Notes under the pieces: model-generated
What the model was told of the DNA's origin: nothing
What the model saw: the letters and a program-made list of their open reading frames with translations, nothing else
Databases searched by the model: none
Shown here: piece by piece, positions 63,761 to 64,000 of the stretch
How the letters are laid out: every line of letters starts with the position of its first letter
How positions within the stretch are numbered: the first letter of the stretch is position 1
Translations under genes and position numbers: made by a program
Assembly: GCA_902798285.1 (NCBI GenBank)
Contig: CADBVZ010000003.1
Span: forward strand, 41,818-105,817
Reading direction: 5' to 3'
Length of the DNA stretch: 64,000 nucleotides
Origin: an uncultured Prevotella sp.
GTDB taxonomy: Bacteria; Bacteroidota; Bacteroidia; Bacteroidales; Bacteroidaceae

Positions 63761-64000
63761 ATGCAACAGCTCGATCTCGATAACAAGGAGTGGCAGGATG
63801 CGCTCCAGATTGTGAACTACACCCGTCGCTCACTTTTCCTCACCGGAAAGGCGGGCACGGGTAAGAGCACCTTACTGCGCTACGTATCCCAGCACACCAA
63901 GAAGAAGCACGTCATCCTCGCCCCTACGGGCATCGCAGCCATCAATGCCGGTGGCTCCACGCTCCACAGCTTCTTCAAGCTCCCCTTCCATCCGCTGCTG
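63761..64000 (+). CDS. PIF1/RecD-like AAA helicase (partial; runs off the window end)
   Basis: Manual translation gives SLFLTGKAGTGKST...ILAPTGIAAINAGGSTLHSFFKLP. Confidence 0.85.
   Translation, partial: MQQLDLDNKEWQDALQIVNYTRRSLFLTGKAGTGKSTLLRYVSQHTKKKHVILAPTGIAAINAGGSTLHSFFKLPFHPLL

Overview
Chromosomal window from a Bacteroidales bacterium, very likely Prevotella-like. This is based on TAnnTTTG -7 promoter boxes, a fused lpxC-fabZ, class III FBPase and Bacteroidetes gene orders. It is mostly housekeeping: leuA-C-D-cimA-leuB; ugd/rmlC; purU-hisHAF-hisIE-ftsE-lysC-lysA-GTs-fbp; a TonB-receptor/DUF4249 operon; and phoH-purC-menG-aroE-purM-prfA-pyrF-lpxD-lpxC/fabZ-lpxA-miaA-PBP1A. I saw no rRNA, tRNA, CRISPR, transposase or integrase. 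Notable signals: (1) Families of small elements built from 7-9-nt repeat arrays sit at almost every intra-operon stop/start junction. One family is inserted in-frame, in the same orientation and frame, into linkers of two unrelated exported proteins. (2) An unannotated Leu/Ile leader-peptide attenuator lies upstream of leuA. (3) A perfect 36-bp all-A/T palindrome flanked by inverted TTGTCA arrays lies at 36.2 kb, near an apparent local GC-skew reversal. (4) Two small membrane-peptide ORFs, a 21-bp tandem operator-like array, and two kinase-less/sensor-less membrane AraC regulators are present. Family names are from recognition, not from database searches.
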